Shown here: in pieces, positions 37,120 to 49,735 of the stretch
How positions within the stretch are numbered: the first letter of the stretch is position 1
Layout of the letters: the number at the start of each line of letters is the position of its first letter
Assembly: GCA_008632985.1 (NCBI GenBank)
Contig: QPGO01000100.1
Location: 176,388 to 240,387 of the forward strand
Direction: 5' to 3'
Source: Psammoneis japonica
Taxonomy: Eukaryota
Length of the DNA stretch: 64,000 bases
The notes under the pieces: model-generated
The model's database searches: none
Told to the model about the DNA's origin: nothing
The model's input: the letters and a program-made list of their open reading frames with translations, nothing else
Made by a program: the position numbers and the translations under genes

Positions 37120-39400
37120 ATTCATTGCATTCAGCAGTGTTTGTGCATCACATCGTGCCATGTCGTGTCGTGCCATGTCGTGTTTTGATGTTTTGGGGTT
37201 GTTGCATCTGCCCTTGTCTTGCTCACAGTCGTTTGTGTCGCATCATGTTGTAGAGCAAGGTGTTGACATTCTATTGTTTGAAGCATTGTTTCTTTTGTCA
37301 GTGATGTGGATTGAGTCGTGGATTGTGATTTGTTCTCATGTCCATTGTGCACGATGCCTTGACTTTGATCTCAACAAAAACAGTTTGAATGGCTTTCATG
37401 TGAACCGTTCCATGCATTTGAAGGGCAAACTAGATTCAATGCAATGTTCTCAGTGTTGTTTTAGCATTTTTCTTGCTCAGCTTTCGTCGCCTGAGCTTTC
37501 CACGCCCAAGCCTTCCTTGCCCGAGCCGTCACCATTCAGACACGCTTGACGCAGACTGTGATGGATTGAACATTGTTCACAGAAGGAGAGCTTTACAATG
37601 TCACAACATTTATTTCTGTAACCCTGGCAGATCCGAATCAGCATCCAGAATTCACAAAGATCCCGCAGTTGCGCGCCAAAATCCCAGTGCGTTTTGCTCA
37701 AGTGGGCACTGCTTTAGAAGAACTTGGAGTTGTGGCACAAGCTGTGGCAATGACATCATCTGGAGAACAAGAGCTTTCAAATGATGTTCTTTTTATTTGT
37801 GACCCTGGCAGATCCGAATCGGCACCCAGATGTTGCGACAATCCCGCAGCTGCGCGCCAAAATCCCAGTGCATTTTGCTCAAGTGGGCGTTGCTTTAGAA
37901 GAACTTGGAGTTGTGGCACAAGCTGTGGCAATGACATCATCTGGAGAACAAGAGCTTTCCAATGATGTTGCTTTTGTTTCCATGCCCCCAACAGATCCAA
38001 ACATTCATCCAGACACCTGCCAACCCCGCAGTTGCGTGCCAGAATCCCAGAGTGAGTTTTGCTCAAGCAGGCATTGCTTCAGAAAGATTTGAAATTATGA
38101 CACAATCAACAGCTAGAACATCATCTACAGAATGAGAGCTTTTTGATGATGTTGCTTTCATTTCCACACCCCTGGAGACAGCAGCGGGTTTGGGAGTGGA
38201 TCGCCCGACGCCCCAATGATGACACTCTGAGTCCACATTGCAACGGCTTTGTGACAGCATGGGCCGCATCCTGCTTGACATGCCACATTGCCCACCAAGC
38301 AATTCAACAAAGCCACCGCAAAATCCTCTGTTGTCAAGCTTTCACATCCACCATCAGGTCCAATGCCACACATTCCACTCCAATTCTCCGTCACTGTCAC
38401 AGCCCATCACGGCGGCCCACCAGTGCACGACAATTGCGCCATGTCGCTTCATCATGGCACAAAGTGGACAGTTGGTTGCCACATCATCTGTGAGCAGTGT
38501 GTCCATGTCAATGAACCTGAGGTCCTCCATCCCCAGCTGTCTGCAACAAGAATCTTCCTTGCGCTGCACCCAACATGATCCGAGTCACGGCACATCAGAA
38601 CCGCTGACTTGGTTTTCCGACCAGCTTGCATGTCAGCTTCCACGGGTGCGACCAAAAAAGGAATGTAGCAGCATTCACATGCTTTGGCACACATTGCAAT
38701 GAACAGAGCTGGAATTCTGGGTGCTGCACTCCCATTCTCCCAAGAATGCCGACGTGCGTGCTCTGCTTCCTTCTCTTTCTGCGGAGCCCCATCGAAACCA
38801 GCTCAATGTCCCACTTGGGCACAGAGTGCAAAAAAACCACCGACTTGTGAAACTCCTGTAGGGAAGGAGTAAAATTCCCATCGCAAAATTGCTCATGATG
38901 CCAAACGGTGCAAACAAATGCAAGTGTGCCGGTGTGAACCGGGGTCTGCCGGTTGCTGAGGTTGGTGAAGGACGAGAATTTCGCTTTTTTGTCATGTTCT
39001 CCAGGGAGCTGATTCAGCAGCTCTTTGATTTCCATTCTAAGTGGCCATTCTTGCTTGTGCGTCCGTGTGTGGCATCTTGTGTGATAAGAACAACATGGTG
39101 AATGCTGTCGCTGCGATGACTGCTGCAGAGAAAAAATCGAAATGCTTTTCAGCTCAAATGCGCTTGACGTACAGTCTGTCCGTCGAACTTGAAATGAATA
39201 AAGGTCTATTCTGTTTTCCTCACTATCATTTGAGTCTTGTCGCATGACTCATCCACCACCCACCCCGCCACGCACTTCTTTTTCGAACTTGTCGCACTCG
39301 CACTTCGCACTTTTGCTTCCTATCCTCATGTCCATGTCCATCACGCCCCTCTGTCCATGGAGTGAACTTGTGGTCAACATTGCAAGAGCAACTTTCACAT
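37120..39400. repeat. TpA-eroded domain 5
   Basis: Strong TA depletion with partial CG retention. Contains the 180-bp tandem array. Confidence 0.55.
37615..38165 (+). repeat. Three tandem ~180-bp units encoding ~60-aa repeats
   Basis: Units start near 37620, 37801 and 37981 (ACCCTGGCAGATCCGAATC...GAGCTTTC.AATGATGTT). The third unit is more diverged. Confidence 0.85.
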
Positions 39401-39439
39401 CAGAGGTTTAGATCCCATCGGCAATACTGAAAAGCTCAT

Positions 39440-40330
39440 ATGCAAACAGCAAGCAAGTTCAACGCCGTCCTTCTCGTTCTGCTGTGGTCTGTTTCGTCTC
39501 GCGCGTTCTTAGTCGGATCACCTTCTAGAACTCATGGAATTCCGCCAAAGACCGCCCTGTCTCCAAGAAAGTCCTCTAGTGCGCTTGCAGTTTCCGAGCT
39601 GCATGTTCCGGGATATGCACAGTCCAAGCTTCCGTTCATCTTGAAAGACGAACATTTGGAAGAAATTGGCGTCGATGGCACAATCACCTTGCGAAGGGTT
39701 CAACCCATGTTGTATGACGTTGCAAGGTCGAGCGAAGTTCGTATTCCATACCAAGATGGGTTCTTAGTGCACAAAACAAAAGGCCCTATATTGACAAAAG
39801 AAGAGTGCCAGAACATCATTGATGAAGCAGAAGCGGTCGCCTCGCAGATTGAGTGGACCAAGAATCGCCATGGAAACTACCCAACTACCGATCTGCCGCT
39901 GGTTGAGTTGCCCGAAACTTTAAGGTTTCTTCGTTTTGCCTTGGTGGAACGTATCTATCCGATGCTACAAGCTCAATATGGAATGTTCTTGCCCGACCCG
40001 ACCAAGCTCCGATTGGCTGACGGCTTCGTCGTCAAGTATGATGCCGAAGGAGGTCAGCGAGAGCTAAAGCCGCATCGTGACGGATCGGTTCTTTCCTTCA
40101 ATATTGCCTTGAATCCGGCGTCCGAGTTTGAAGGAGGTGGTACGTGGTTTGCTTCCTTGGATGAACCAGTCAAGATTGAACAAGGCGAAATCGTATCCCA
40201 CTCCTCGGCACTCTTGCATGGTGGTCACGGCATCACCGTGGGTAAGCGTTACATTATGGTCGGCTTTGTTATCCTTGAAGAATACGATTCGTGGTCCATG
40301 CGTTTTTACAACCAAGTTCGAAATCTGTGA
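39440..40330 (+). CDS. 2-oxoglutarate/Fe(II) dioxygenase (PLOD/lysyl-hydroxylase-like), probably plastid-targeted
   Basis: RHGNYPTTDLP, FVVKYD...LKPHRDGS (HxD), NIALN...FEGGGT and LHGG...GKRYIMVGF. Signal peptide ending SRA-FLV. Confidence 0.88.
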   Translation: MQTASKFNAVLLVLLWSVSSRAFLVGSPSRTHGIPPKTALSPRKSSSALAVSELHVPGYAQSKLPFILKDEHLEEIGVDGTITLRRVQPMLYDVARSSEVRIPYQDGFLVHKTKGPILTKEECQNIIDEAEAVASQIEWTKNRHGNYPTTDLPLVELPETLRFLRFALVERIYPMLQAQYGMFLPDPTKLRLADGFVVKYDAEGGQRELKPHRDGSVLSFNIALNPASEFEGGGTWFASLDEPVKIEQGEIVSHSSALLHGGHGITVGKRYIMVGFVILEEYDSWSMRFYNQVRNL

Positions 40331-41069
40331 TTGGCCGTGAGTAGTATTCTCTTCTACTGAAAAGAAGTAGCTACCAGTCTCAAGAGCCTCGTTTGGACGT
40401 AACCTTAGTGCATGTTCTTTTTCAGTACCAACGTGTCTGATTCCTGCACTGACCTCTACTGCCATCTTCTTCGTTGTCGTCTTTGTGATCTGCGTTGCAA
40501 GCTGAGAATACCGGTACCTCGGTCAGCGAGTCATGGGCAGCAAGAACAAGTGAAACGCCACGAGTGTATGCCATCAAGGCCGTCATTGACAAAGATTCGG
40601 AAGCCAAAGAATTTGTCTACACAAGTGAGATGCAAGGGGAGGCACGCATTGATAACAAGCAGCCTGCGTCGGTAGAACGATATCTTCGGACAAGGAGATC
40701 TGACGACGAAGGTATTATGGACATGTCAGATAACTCGTCCATGGTCCAGAGGACTCTGACAGTGATGAATTAACGGAGATGCTCTTCCATTGCACGCTTG
40801 GAATGCCAATGCCGTAATAATCATCACGAAGGCGGACACCAAGACGTCTATGCTTTGTCAGGGCGTTTGCATGCTATATCATGTGGATCAACAAGACGGT
40901 AGCAGTTGGAGATTGCTTGGTCAACCGACGCGCAAAGGATATCTTCCCGGTTGCTCACGGTGTATGCTTCAACAAATAAAAGAAAGGATGTTCGTTATAC
41001 GTTTCAACCTTAACTTGTGTCTTACTCGGGTTATTATAAAACAACTCTTCAGCAGCGGTTTCCGCCGTC

Positions 41070-41712
41070 TCAGGCTTTGACGCCTCCTTGTTCCCGTTCG
41101 CGGCGTTTCTTCATTTCAGCCTCCCACTGTTGGCTAACTTGAGTGGCGACTACCGACGCGCTTGCAGCCGCTGATTTCCATAATGACGACACAGTTTCGA
41201 CGGCGGTTGCCCCTGCCTCTTTCATTGCGGCACATGTTTCAGAAGATGCGCACCCGGAAACGGCTGTTTCTTTGGCGATAATCGCATTGCTAACGAAAGG
41301 CAAGCTGGCATCGAAGGTGCGCCCCATGGCAGAATCTGGATCCGTCTCGTCCACAAACGCACAAAATTCTTTCAAATACCGTGACCCCACTGCGCCTCCA
41401 ACCATTGCACCTGTGATGGTCGCTCCTCCACCGACACCTGGCCCCTTTAGCAACCAGGGGCATTGTCGATTGCCGCCAGGCAGCAAAACTACCACCGGCA
41501 ATACCTGTAGCACAAAAACCTGCACTACAAAGTGTCAAGGGTGTGATCGCGTATGCAGCACCCGCACCAAGTACAGTCCCGGCTGACAACAGAACAGCGG
41601 CGCATTTCGCAGACACTTGAACATCGTCATCATCGGGTTCAGTGGCGTCCTTGGATTGGAACTCCAGGAGACCGCAGGCCAGGATGCACAGCAACAGCGT
41701 GTTGATTTGCAT
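41070..41712 (-). CDS. IFI6/IFI27 (ISG12)-like small membrane protein, frame-disrupted near 41440
   Basis: Signal peptide, then GFCATGIAGGSFAAWRQSTMPLVAKG. The next frame continues with GGGATITGAMVGGAVG. The expected SLFAxLQS segment is missing. Confidence 0.6.
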
Positions 41713-41849
41713 TGTAGATTAGAGCTCGGCAATGTGAAACACAATAGTGGCAGTTGCGTGAGATTACCACGAAAATTGGAGTTTTCATGTGAACCGACCA
41801 GACTTTCGTTTTGGCCCACCAGGGCTTGCCAGCTTGTTGACACTCGTGC

Positions 41850-44800
41850 GTTGAAGGGACAACGGCGATAACCCACTCAACTTGAGAGATTTTGCGCCAA
41901 ACCCTGAATGCAAATATTTTGTGCGGACCAACACATCTCAAATTTGGCAACCCAAACCACACCAGTCACCCAACACAAGAAACTCATGCTCCTGGCCACC
42001 AAAGGGAGGCTCCTTCTTTTGGGAAGGTTGGAGTCCCCCTGCACCCAGGGCCTGGACTTGCAGTGCAAGCCAGTTGTTCAGAAAACACAGCCACTGCATC
42101 TTTGGTGACAATGACAAGCACCCTTGTTCTTCTGAGAAAAGGCTTTCTACTTGGCCATCAGCCATGCTGCCCATTTGCTGACCCTTGCTGAGCTTGCTGC
42201 AGCACTTGAATTGCTCATGAGACAATCATGATGAGAATCCAGAAGAAAAAACTCATCCATGGTCTGGCAATTTTAGTGTTGGCATCCTCCAGGGAACAGA
42301 TGGAGAAGCTTGCAGGGCCAGACATGGGTGCTAGAGAGAATCAGGGGTCAGCTCCTCTGACTTGCAACCCACACAACTGGCCTCTTGTGCATTGTTGTGT
42401 GAGCTTTTTTTCAATGAAAGTGTGCATGAGTTGTTCCTGCTCAGTGTCAAATGCTTTGTTGGTGGTGGCACCATCTGCAAAAGTTGCTCCTTTGTGAACT
42501 GAAAAGTGCAATTTGTTGTTTTTTTGTGTGTGTGGTGTGCTGGCAGCAGCAGCCATGGCTTCAAAAAAGCTGACATCAGAAAACCTTCAGTTGGGTGCAG
42601 TGACTTGGTGCAAATGTTTTTGAATGTGCTGCAAGCGGCAATGCAAGAGCAAGCACCAACAGCAACAACAGAGGCAAGCTGGGTGCAAAAAACTCCCTGA
42701 GCACTGGGGCTGTGATGATGACACAAGAACCGGCAGAAGAGAATGAGAGGCAGATCTCAGAGACATCCACTCAGCTGCTCTGTCAATCACATCCAGCACA
42801 GAGTCAGCACGCTGACAACTTTCCCTGATTTGCAGCATTTGTCTGAAAGCAAAAATGGTGCAGGTCAAGGGAAAAAGAAGATTTGCAGCTGCAAACTGTG
42901 TGATGCACAAAGCAGCCAGCCCCTGCACAAAACAACCACAAACAAGGGTAACAGCATCTCCAAAAAAGTCTTTGATGGCAGCATGGCACAGGATGCCAAA
43001 GCACCTTGAACAAAAATTGTTGACAAAAACTGCCAACAGCAGGGGGGCTGGTTTCCAACAAACAATCTTGGTGAGCAACCAAGTCTTGGACCACCCACAA
43101 AGAGCCACAGCAACAAAAACAGTCAAAGCCAAAATGCTGAAGTTTTGCCATGTGAGCTGAGGCAAAGGGGTGTCACCAAGGCAGACAATGCATTAGACAT
43201 GGAGCAAAACAGCAGCCCACCAGATAAATCAGTGCCTTTGCCACACCATTTTTTGCCCCTGAAAAGCACACTCTGTGCAAAGGAAATTCATTGAATGACT
43301 CAATGTTGGAAAAACCTGTTGGGTGTGTGGCAGGTGAGCATTGAGTGATCTCTGCAATGTGGTCACCAAACAAAGCACAGTTGCAGATCCTTGCTCACTC
43401 ACTGAGCTTGCATGCTTTTTCTTTGCTGCACCACTCTCCATTCTTGCCAGGGACCACAGGGTTGTCATTGGCAAAGGGTGGATGGGCCGGGCATGCCACA
43501 AAAAGCACAGCTGGGTGTGACAATGGCTGTGCCAGTGGAGGAAAGAGATTGGACAATGGAGGGCAGTGAGACTTTGTGTGGCCCTTTCTCAGAGTTGCCC
43601 CACTTCTGTCAGTCTTGTTTGGACAAACAAAGCAAGAATGGCAGAGCATCATGCATGTAAATTTGATTGTGGCCAAGCCAAAAATCAGAGTGCACATCAA
43701 CTTGGCAACAAACAAAGCAGTGGCTGCATCTGTGTTTGCCACACAATGGTGCTAAAAGAGGTGGCAAGCAGCACAGTCTCAATCTTGGAGATGGAGGGCA
43801 ATCTGTCCATCTGGTGCATGTTGCACAATGGGTTGACCACGGGCAGCAAAAGTCTTTGGAGAATGGACTGGGCTTTTTGCCTTGACACAAGAGAAATGTG
43901 CCACCAAGCACTGGGCTGGTGGACAATGACAGCAAGCCAGTGTCAATCACTGCAGACAGTGGTGCTCAGTTGCTGCAAGAGACACACAGCAGACTTCTTC
44001 TTGGCACTCATTTGAAAACCACTGACAACATCCAACTGGGAAAACTGACATCCAACACACCTGCAGCTTGAGATGTGTTGTCAGCAGAGCACAGCTGGCA
44101 AGTGTGGGAACCAGATCCAACTTGGAATCTGCAGGCACGTTGGAGCTCAAACAAGAGGTCGCAGATGGGGGAGAATGACAAGTGGACATTGCTGTCAGCA
44201 AACCAAGCTTGATGGCATTCAGCACATGTGGGCATCAAAAGTGGAGGGGAACTCTTCTGGCATGTTGGCACCACCAGCAGCAGGAGTCACAGCTGCAGAG
44301 ACAGGTGCTTGTTTGGCTGGTTTGCACAGATTCTTAGATGCAAAAGGTTTTGCACAAGCACCTCCAGAATGTGCACTGGTGGCCACAATGGGCAATGCAG
44401 TTCCCAAGGAGCAACCATGAACAACTGCATTGCCACAACCACAACTGAGCTGTGCAGCCATGCTGTGCAGCTGCATCCTTTGCAGACATCATGAGGTGAA
44501 GTGTGGTCCAATTGAGTGAACACTTGGACACAGCAGGCATTGCAGCACTTCTTGAAGAGCTGCGAGCAGCAGCCAGGCAAAGGAGATGGTGCCTTGCTGG
44601 GCATTGTGCAGAGCCTCAACAATGTCATCTGCACCATGTGGTGTGAGTTCTTTTTGTCAAATGTCAGAGAAGAAGGTGCACTGATGAGTGTTTTGTCTTG
44701 CAGCATGTGAGAACAAACTTGCTCCAATTCTTGCAATTTGGATGGACTTCAGGGTTGACATGCACATGGTGCACAGAGATTGCAATGACTGCACTTTCTT

Positions 44801-47500
44801 TGTCATGCTCAAGAAATCTTGCTTGACTGCAGTTCTTTGCAGACTTGCAGCACTGAGTCACATTGTCGCACACTTCTCTCCTGGCATCATCAATGCCTTG
44901 AGAGCAGCTTCTTCTGTGATCTTAAAAATGGCAAGTTTGTCAGTGTGGAGTTGCTTGCACACGGCAGAATGCCAGCACTGTCCAGAACAACACAGTCATG
45001 GAAGAGCTTGAGAAATTCATGCTTGGGTTTGGGTTTGGTGCAGCTTGAATCTTACAAGGAAAATTAAGAGCTAAGCTGGGGTTGGCAGGAATCAGGCTCA
45101 GCTTCTCACATCAAGGTGAGAGAGGCATGTTGGAACATTGTTGAAAAGCAAGGTGAATCTCCACACAATGACACAATGGTCAGCCTGGAGCCATCTTGTT
45201 TGTCATTTTGTTTGGTGCCATGGTGGTGTTGGTTGTCAAGAAAAGAGTTGGTTTGCCAACCATCAGAAGGTCAGTGCTGTCCTGTGGCCCAAAAAATGTC
45301 ATGATTCTGAAAAAATCTTGCCAGGAACAGTGCTGAGGCAGACTCAATCAGCCACAACCTGGTCAGAGATGAAAATGGAAACCACAATGTAGAAGAGTTG
45401 GTGCTGTGACACAAAGCAAGGCCACAACCTGTCAGAGTGCCGATGACAGCAACAAGTCCAAAAAGGCAAGCCAGATGCAAAAGACTCCCCAAGCACCAGG
45501 GCTGTGACAACACAAGTGCCAGCAGAAAAGAATGAGCAGTGGACTCATCTCAGAGAATTCTGTCACTGTGTGTGGATCCATTCATCATTCACAGAGTTGG
45601 CACACTGGCACATGACAGAAGCATCCCCAAAGCAGCAAAACACAAGCAGCGCTTGTGCATCACACATTGCTTGCTTTTGTCCCACATGAAAAGGAAACAA
45701 AGAGGCAACAGAGGCAAAGCAACCATCATGAAATGACCAAGCTGCCCAAAAAGAAAAATGGCAATGACAACTGCAAACAGCTGAGGAACTGAACATGACT
45801 GTGACTTCCAACTCCTCAAAGAAAAACAAGTGGCAGTTGCAGAGGCACAGAGCTGCAACTTTTTGAACAGAAGAGACTGTCATTTGGCAAGGAGTGTTCT
45901 GTTCACAGAAAGAGAAAACAGCAGCCATTTGATGACAACAACAACAAACACAGGACAAGCAAGGCTTCTGAGTTCAAGCTCTTGTTGTCAAGTGCAGTGC
46001 TGGTGTGTGCTGCATGCTGTGCTGAACAGAGAGACTCTTGTGAAAGTCATGCATTTGTGGCACATGCAACTCCATGCATCAATGATGGTGTGCAGCTCAC
46101 CTGCACATGTGTCAAAGTTTTCACAATGTGTTGTCTTCGGCCACAGTGCCAAAAAAGTTTCATTGTGCAGACACTTGCCAGTGTGGCTTTTTGTGTTTTT
46201 GCATGCAACACAAGGCTGCAAAACCTGTCAAAGTGCCAACCAATGGCAACACACAGGGGCAAGCTGGTGCAAAAGACTCCCCAAGCACCAGGGCTACAAC
46301 AACATGAGTGCCAGCACAAAAGAGTGAGAGGCAGACTCATTTCACAGTGATCTGCTTGGCTGTCTGGGTTTCTCCATCATTCACAGAGTTTTGGCACACT
46401 GCCATTTGACAGAAGCACCCAAAGCAGCAAAATGCAAACAGCACTTGTGCACCAGTGCACACTGCTGTTGTCTCTGGAAAAGGAAAAACAAAAAGCGGCA
46501 ATGGAAGCAAAATGGCCATGATGAAATTCTCAAGAAAAACAGCAATGACAGTGACAAACAGCTGAGGAACTGAACATTTTGACTTCCACCTCCTCAGAAC
46601 AAAACAGCCAGCAGTTGCAGAGGCACAGAAAGCTGCAACTCTTTGAGCAGAACAGATGCTGTCATTTGGCAGAGGAAGTGTTCTTCTGTTCACAGCAAGA
46701 GAAAACACCATTTGACAACAAACAACAACAACAACAACAACAACACAGCAGCAGCAACAACAACAACAACAACAACAACAAACACAAGATGAGTGAGGCT
46801 GAGCTCAACTTCTTGTCATTGAGTGCACTGCTGTGTGCTGGTGCATGTTGCAAGCATGGAGACTCCTGTTGTGCATGGCTGTTTCAGCTGTGTTGTTGAC
46901 AGAATTTTGCACTTGTGACATGTGCAACTCTTTGCTTCAATGACGGTGTGAGTGCAACCCACCTGTGTGTCAAACTTTCATGATGTGCCATCTGCATCTG
47001 CAGTGCCAAAGAAAGTGTTCATTGTGTGGGAGCACTCTTGCTGCACAGCATGGCTTGTCATGTTTTTGTGCATCTGGCCCATGGCATGGTGCTGTGCAGT
47101 GCATCATCTCCCCTTCTCTTGTTCTTTTGCTTGCCCATCTCTGCTTGATCTGATGTGTTTCAAGGAGCACACACATCCAGAGCTCCCACCAGCTGCATGC
47201 TCACCGTTTTGGTTTTGTTTTTCCAAAAAAGGGAGAGCTGGCTGGTCTTCTCCTCACTCCTGCTCCCCCCCCCCCCCCCCCCCCCTTTGGTTGTGAGAGG
47301 GGTTCTCGCTCTCTCGTTGTTTGCTTGCCACAATGACCTCACCTTTCAGATGCTTCCTTGGGAGACAGCCCCCACAGCCACCACCCGTGGTGTCTTGCTT
47401 TTTTTGGTCAAACTTGTCCTCTCCCCCATCCCACTGCTGAGCTTCACAGTTCTGCCAATGTTTTGCTTTTCAGCTCAAAGGCCGGTGCGAACAGAGAATG
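41850..47500. mobile_element. TpA/CpG-eroded domain 6, including a minus-strand relative of the LTR element's internal ORF
   Basis: Reverse complement of 43640-43735 (CQVDVHSDFWLG) aligns to 24185-24285 (CQVDSHSDFWFG). Near-complete loss of TA and CG. Confidence 0.6.
45420..47030 (+). repeat. Diverged tandem duplication, ~800-bp unit
   Basis: TGCAAAAGACTCCCCAAGCACCAGGGCT near 45476 and 46268. CAGTTGCAGAGGCACAGA near 45834 and 46611. (CAA)n tract at 46717-46780. Confidence 0.8.
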
Positions 47501-47630
47501 AGCAATAAAAAGTGCAAAAAAGTCAAAAAGGAGATAACGGATGACGGTAGGACGGCATCTTTCTCATTTTTTTTCTGCCGCAAGACCATGGCGTGAGTCG
47601 TCACCGCCCGGGAGCGCAGGCAGCGGAAGC

Positions 47631-49555
47631 ATGAAGCATAGAGAGCAATCTAATTGCAACGCCTTGTCGTCATGGACACCCCAAACAACCCGATTGCTAA
47701 AACATGGCGGATCCACAGCTTGGGACGTACTCGATCACGCCATGACGAACAGCTCGGACTCTGATGCAACTTTTACGAATGCATTACGATCTGAATTGGA
47801 AGAATCGGGTCTCCTCGACACCTTGAAAGCTGCACGAACCATGGGAGAAATCAACAATGTGGGCTCTCCTCGGGTTCGTGGTGATTTTAGTACCTTTGTA
47901 TCACGACAAGATCGGCAAACCGCAGACTTTGCACGCAAACATGTTTACTTGTCGCGTCTGATTCAATCCATCGAGACTACTGCTGAACGAGAGCTCGGTA
48001 AGGTCATTACCATTGATCGAAACTACACGTCTGTTCAAGTAGCAAGGTATCCCGGTGATGGCAAGAGTGGGTATAGGCGTCACTGTGATCGAGGCGGTGA
48101 TAACGATAATGAATGTCGTGAAGAAATTCGTAGGGGAGACGCATCGGATAGCAATAACGCACCACAACGGGTTGTAACAGCCGTGTATTATGTGACGCCG
48201 TCCGACTGGAGTGAAACCATGGATGGTGGGTGTTTGAGATTATACGATCGGGATGGGCATTATGATGTTGTTCCTTACTCGAATCGATTGGTAGTGTTCC
48301 GATCCGACCGTGTTTCTCACGAGGTTCTTCCAAGTTTGCGTCGGGATCGCATGGCAATCACGGTTTGGCTGTATGGATGGATCAAAAAGACGCCACAGAA
48401 TCCCTTCTTGTTAGCCCCTGCTGTGGCAGCTGATGCAGAGTCGTCCAACGAAATTTCTACAGACCAACCCGGTGGACCACCACCGCTACCTATCCGCAAA
48501 GCTACCACCAACGCGGATGACAAGAAGAAGACAATCTTTGTGTCTATTGCATCCTACTGCGATTCGGAGTTATTACCCACGTTGATTTCTCTCTTTGAAT
48601 CAGCTAGGTACCCCGAACGTATCTACGTGGGTGTCGTTTGGCAGGTGGACGCGGCCGTAGAGGATTTCAATGCCTGTTGTTCCAACAGGCTTTACAAGAA
48701 GCAATGGTTTTCTCCCTCACAGATTCGAGTCTTGACCATGCATGCTCAACACGCACAAGGACCGTGTTATGCTCGATACTTGTGCCAATCCTTGTGGAGA
48801 GATGAACAGTACGTCTTGCAAATTGATTCGCACATGAGATTTCGAAACAACTGGGATTCCTATCTGGTTGAGCAATTGGAATCGTTACCCGAAGAGAAGT
48901 GTATGCTTACTTCGTATCCTGTTGGATACAGTTTGCCTAATGAGATCCCCAATGAAACACGTGGAACACTGTTGGTACCTTGGAAGTTTGACGAGAATGG
49001 CATGCTGCGACAGCGTGGACGATTGATGAAGGAACGACAGACTTGCACTCCGTGCCACCTGTACGCTGCCGGATTCAATTTTGCTCGTTCCCAGGTGCTA
49101 TGGGATGTTCCCTATGACAATCGTTTGAATTACTTGTTTTTCGGGGAAGAACTTTACATGGCCGTGCGGCTCTATACGTTTGGGTACAACTTGTACGCCC
49201 CTCCAGAATCCGTGTGCTACCATTTGTGGAGTCGTCGTCATCGACCGACTTGTCGAGTTGAATCGCCACGAGAAGCAGAGCTGAAACGGACGAGTCTAGA
49301 GTATGTCAAGGATGTAATGCGTGGAAAGCATGAGATTGGAAGTCACCGAACTGTGCTACAATTTCAACAAGTCCTGGGCGTCGATTTCGAAGCGCAAACA
49401 ATCGAGCAAGATGCAGAAAATGGTGCGCTGGACTCCATCGATTTTGCGGCAAACGCCAACGGATTGTTTGCATCGATAGAGCACGAAAAAGAAGAAGGCG
49501 CAGCAGCGCTAGACCCAAGGCTCAGGCTCTGATTGCTTCATTCCTAGGTTTATAA
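47631..49555 (+). CDS. Fusion of PhyA/EGLN-type prolyl 4-hydroxylase and Gnt1-type (GT60) Skp1-hydroxyproline GlcNAc transferase
   Basis: N-half: RVRGD, VARYPGDGKSGYRRHCD, VTAVYY, GGCLRLY, NRLVVFRSD, HEVLP and RMAITVWLY. C-half: TIFVSIASYCDSE, GPCYAR, LQIDSHMRF, AAGFNF, LFFGEE and YHLWSR. Continuous ORF 47541-49532, with a probable terminal indel extending it to TAA 49555. Confidence 0.88.
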
Positions 49556-49735
49556 GTTGTGAATCGATGCTTCTCTGGGGGTCAGATTTTGAAGAAAGTG
49601 AAATGCTTTTACAACGCTCGTTCAGATTTGTTCGAATTCGAGGAGCGGCCAGCTCGAAGCACATATTGAAAGTAATGCTATGCGCCGCTTTGCCATGTCG
49701 CATATGACTACAAGCCTCGAAACCATTCGTGGTCA

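Noticed and set aside
37615..38165. CRISPR-like array
   Set aside because: The units are ~180-bp full-length repeats with no unique spacers, there are no cas genes, and the context is eukaryotic.
40412..41080. Short ORFs between the dioxygenase and the ISG12-like gene
   Set aside because: No motifs and no convincing start or splice structure. A small gene cannot be excluded.
47265..47285. C21 homopolymer as a functional G-quadruplex or telomeric feature
   Set aside because: A simple run inside eroded DNA, whose length is unreliable in this assembly.
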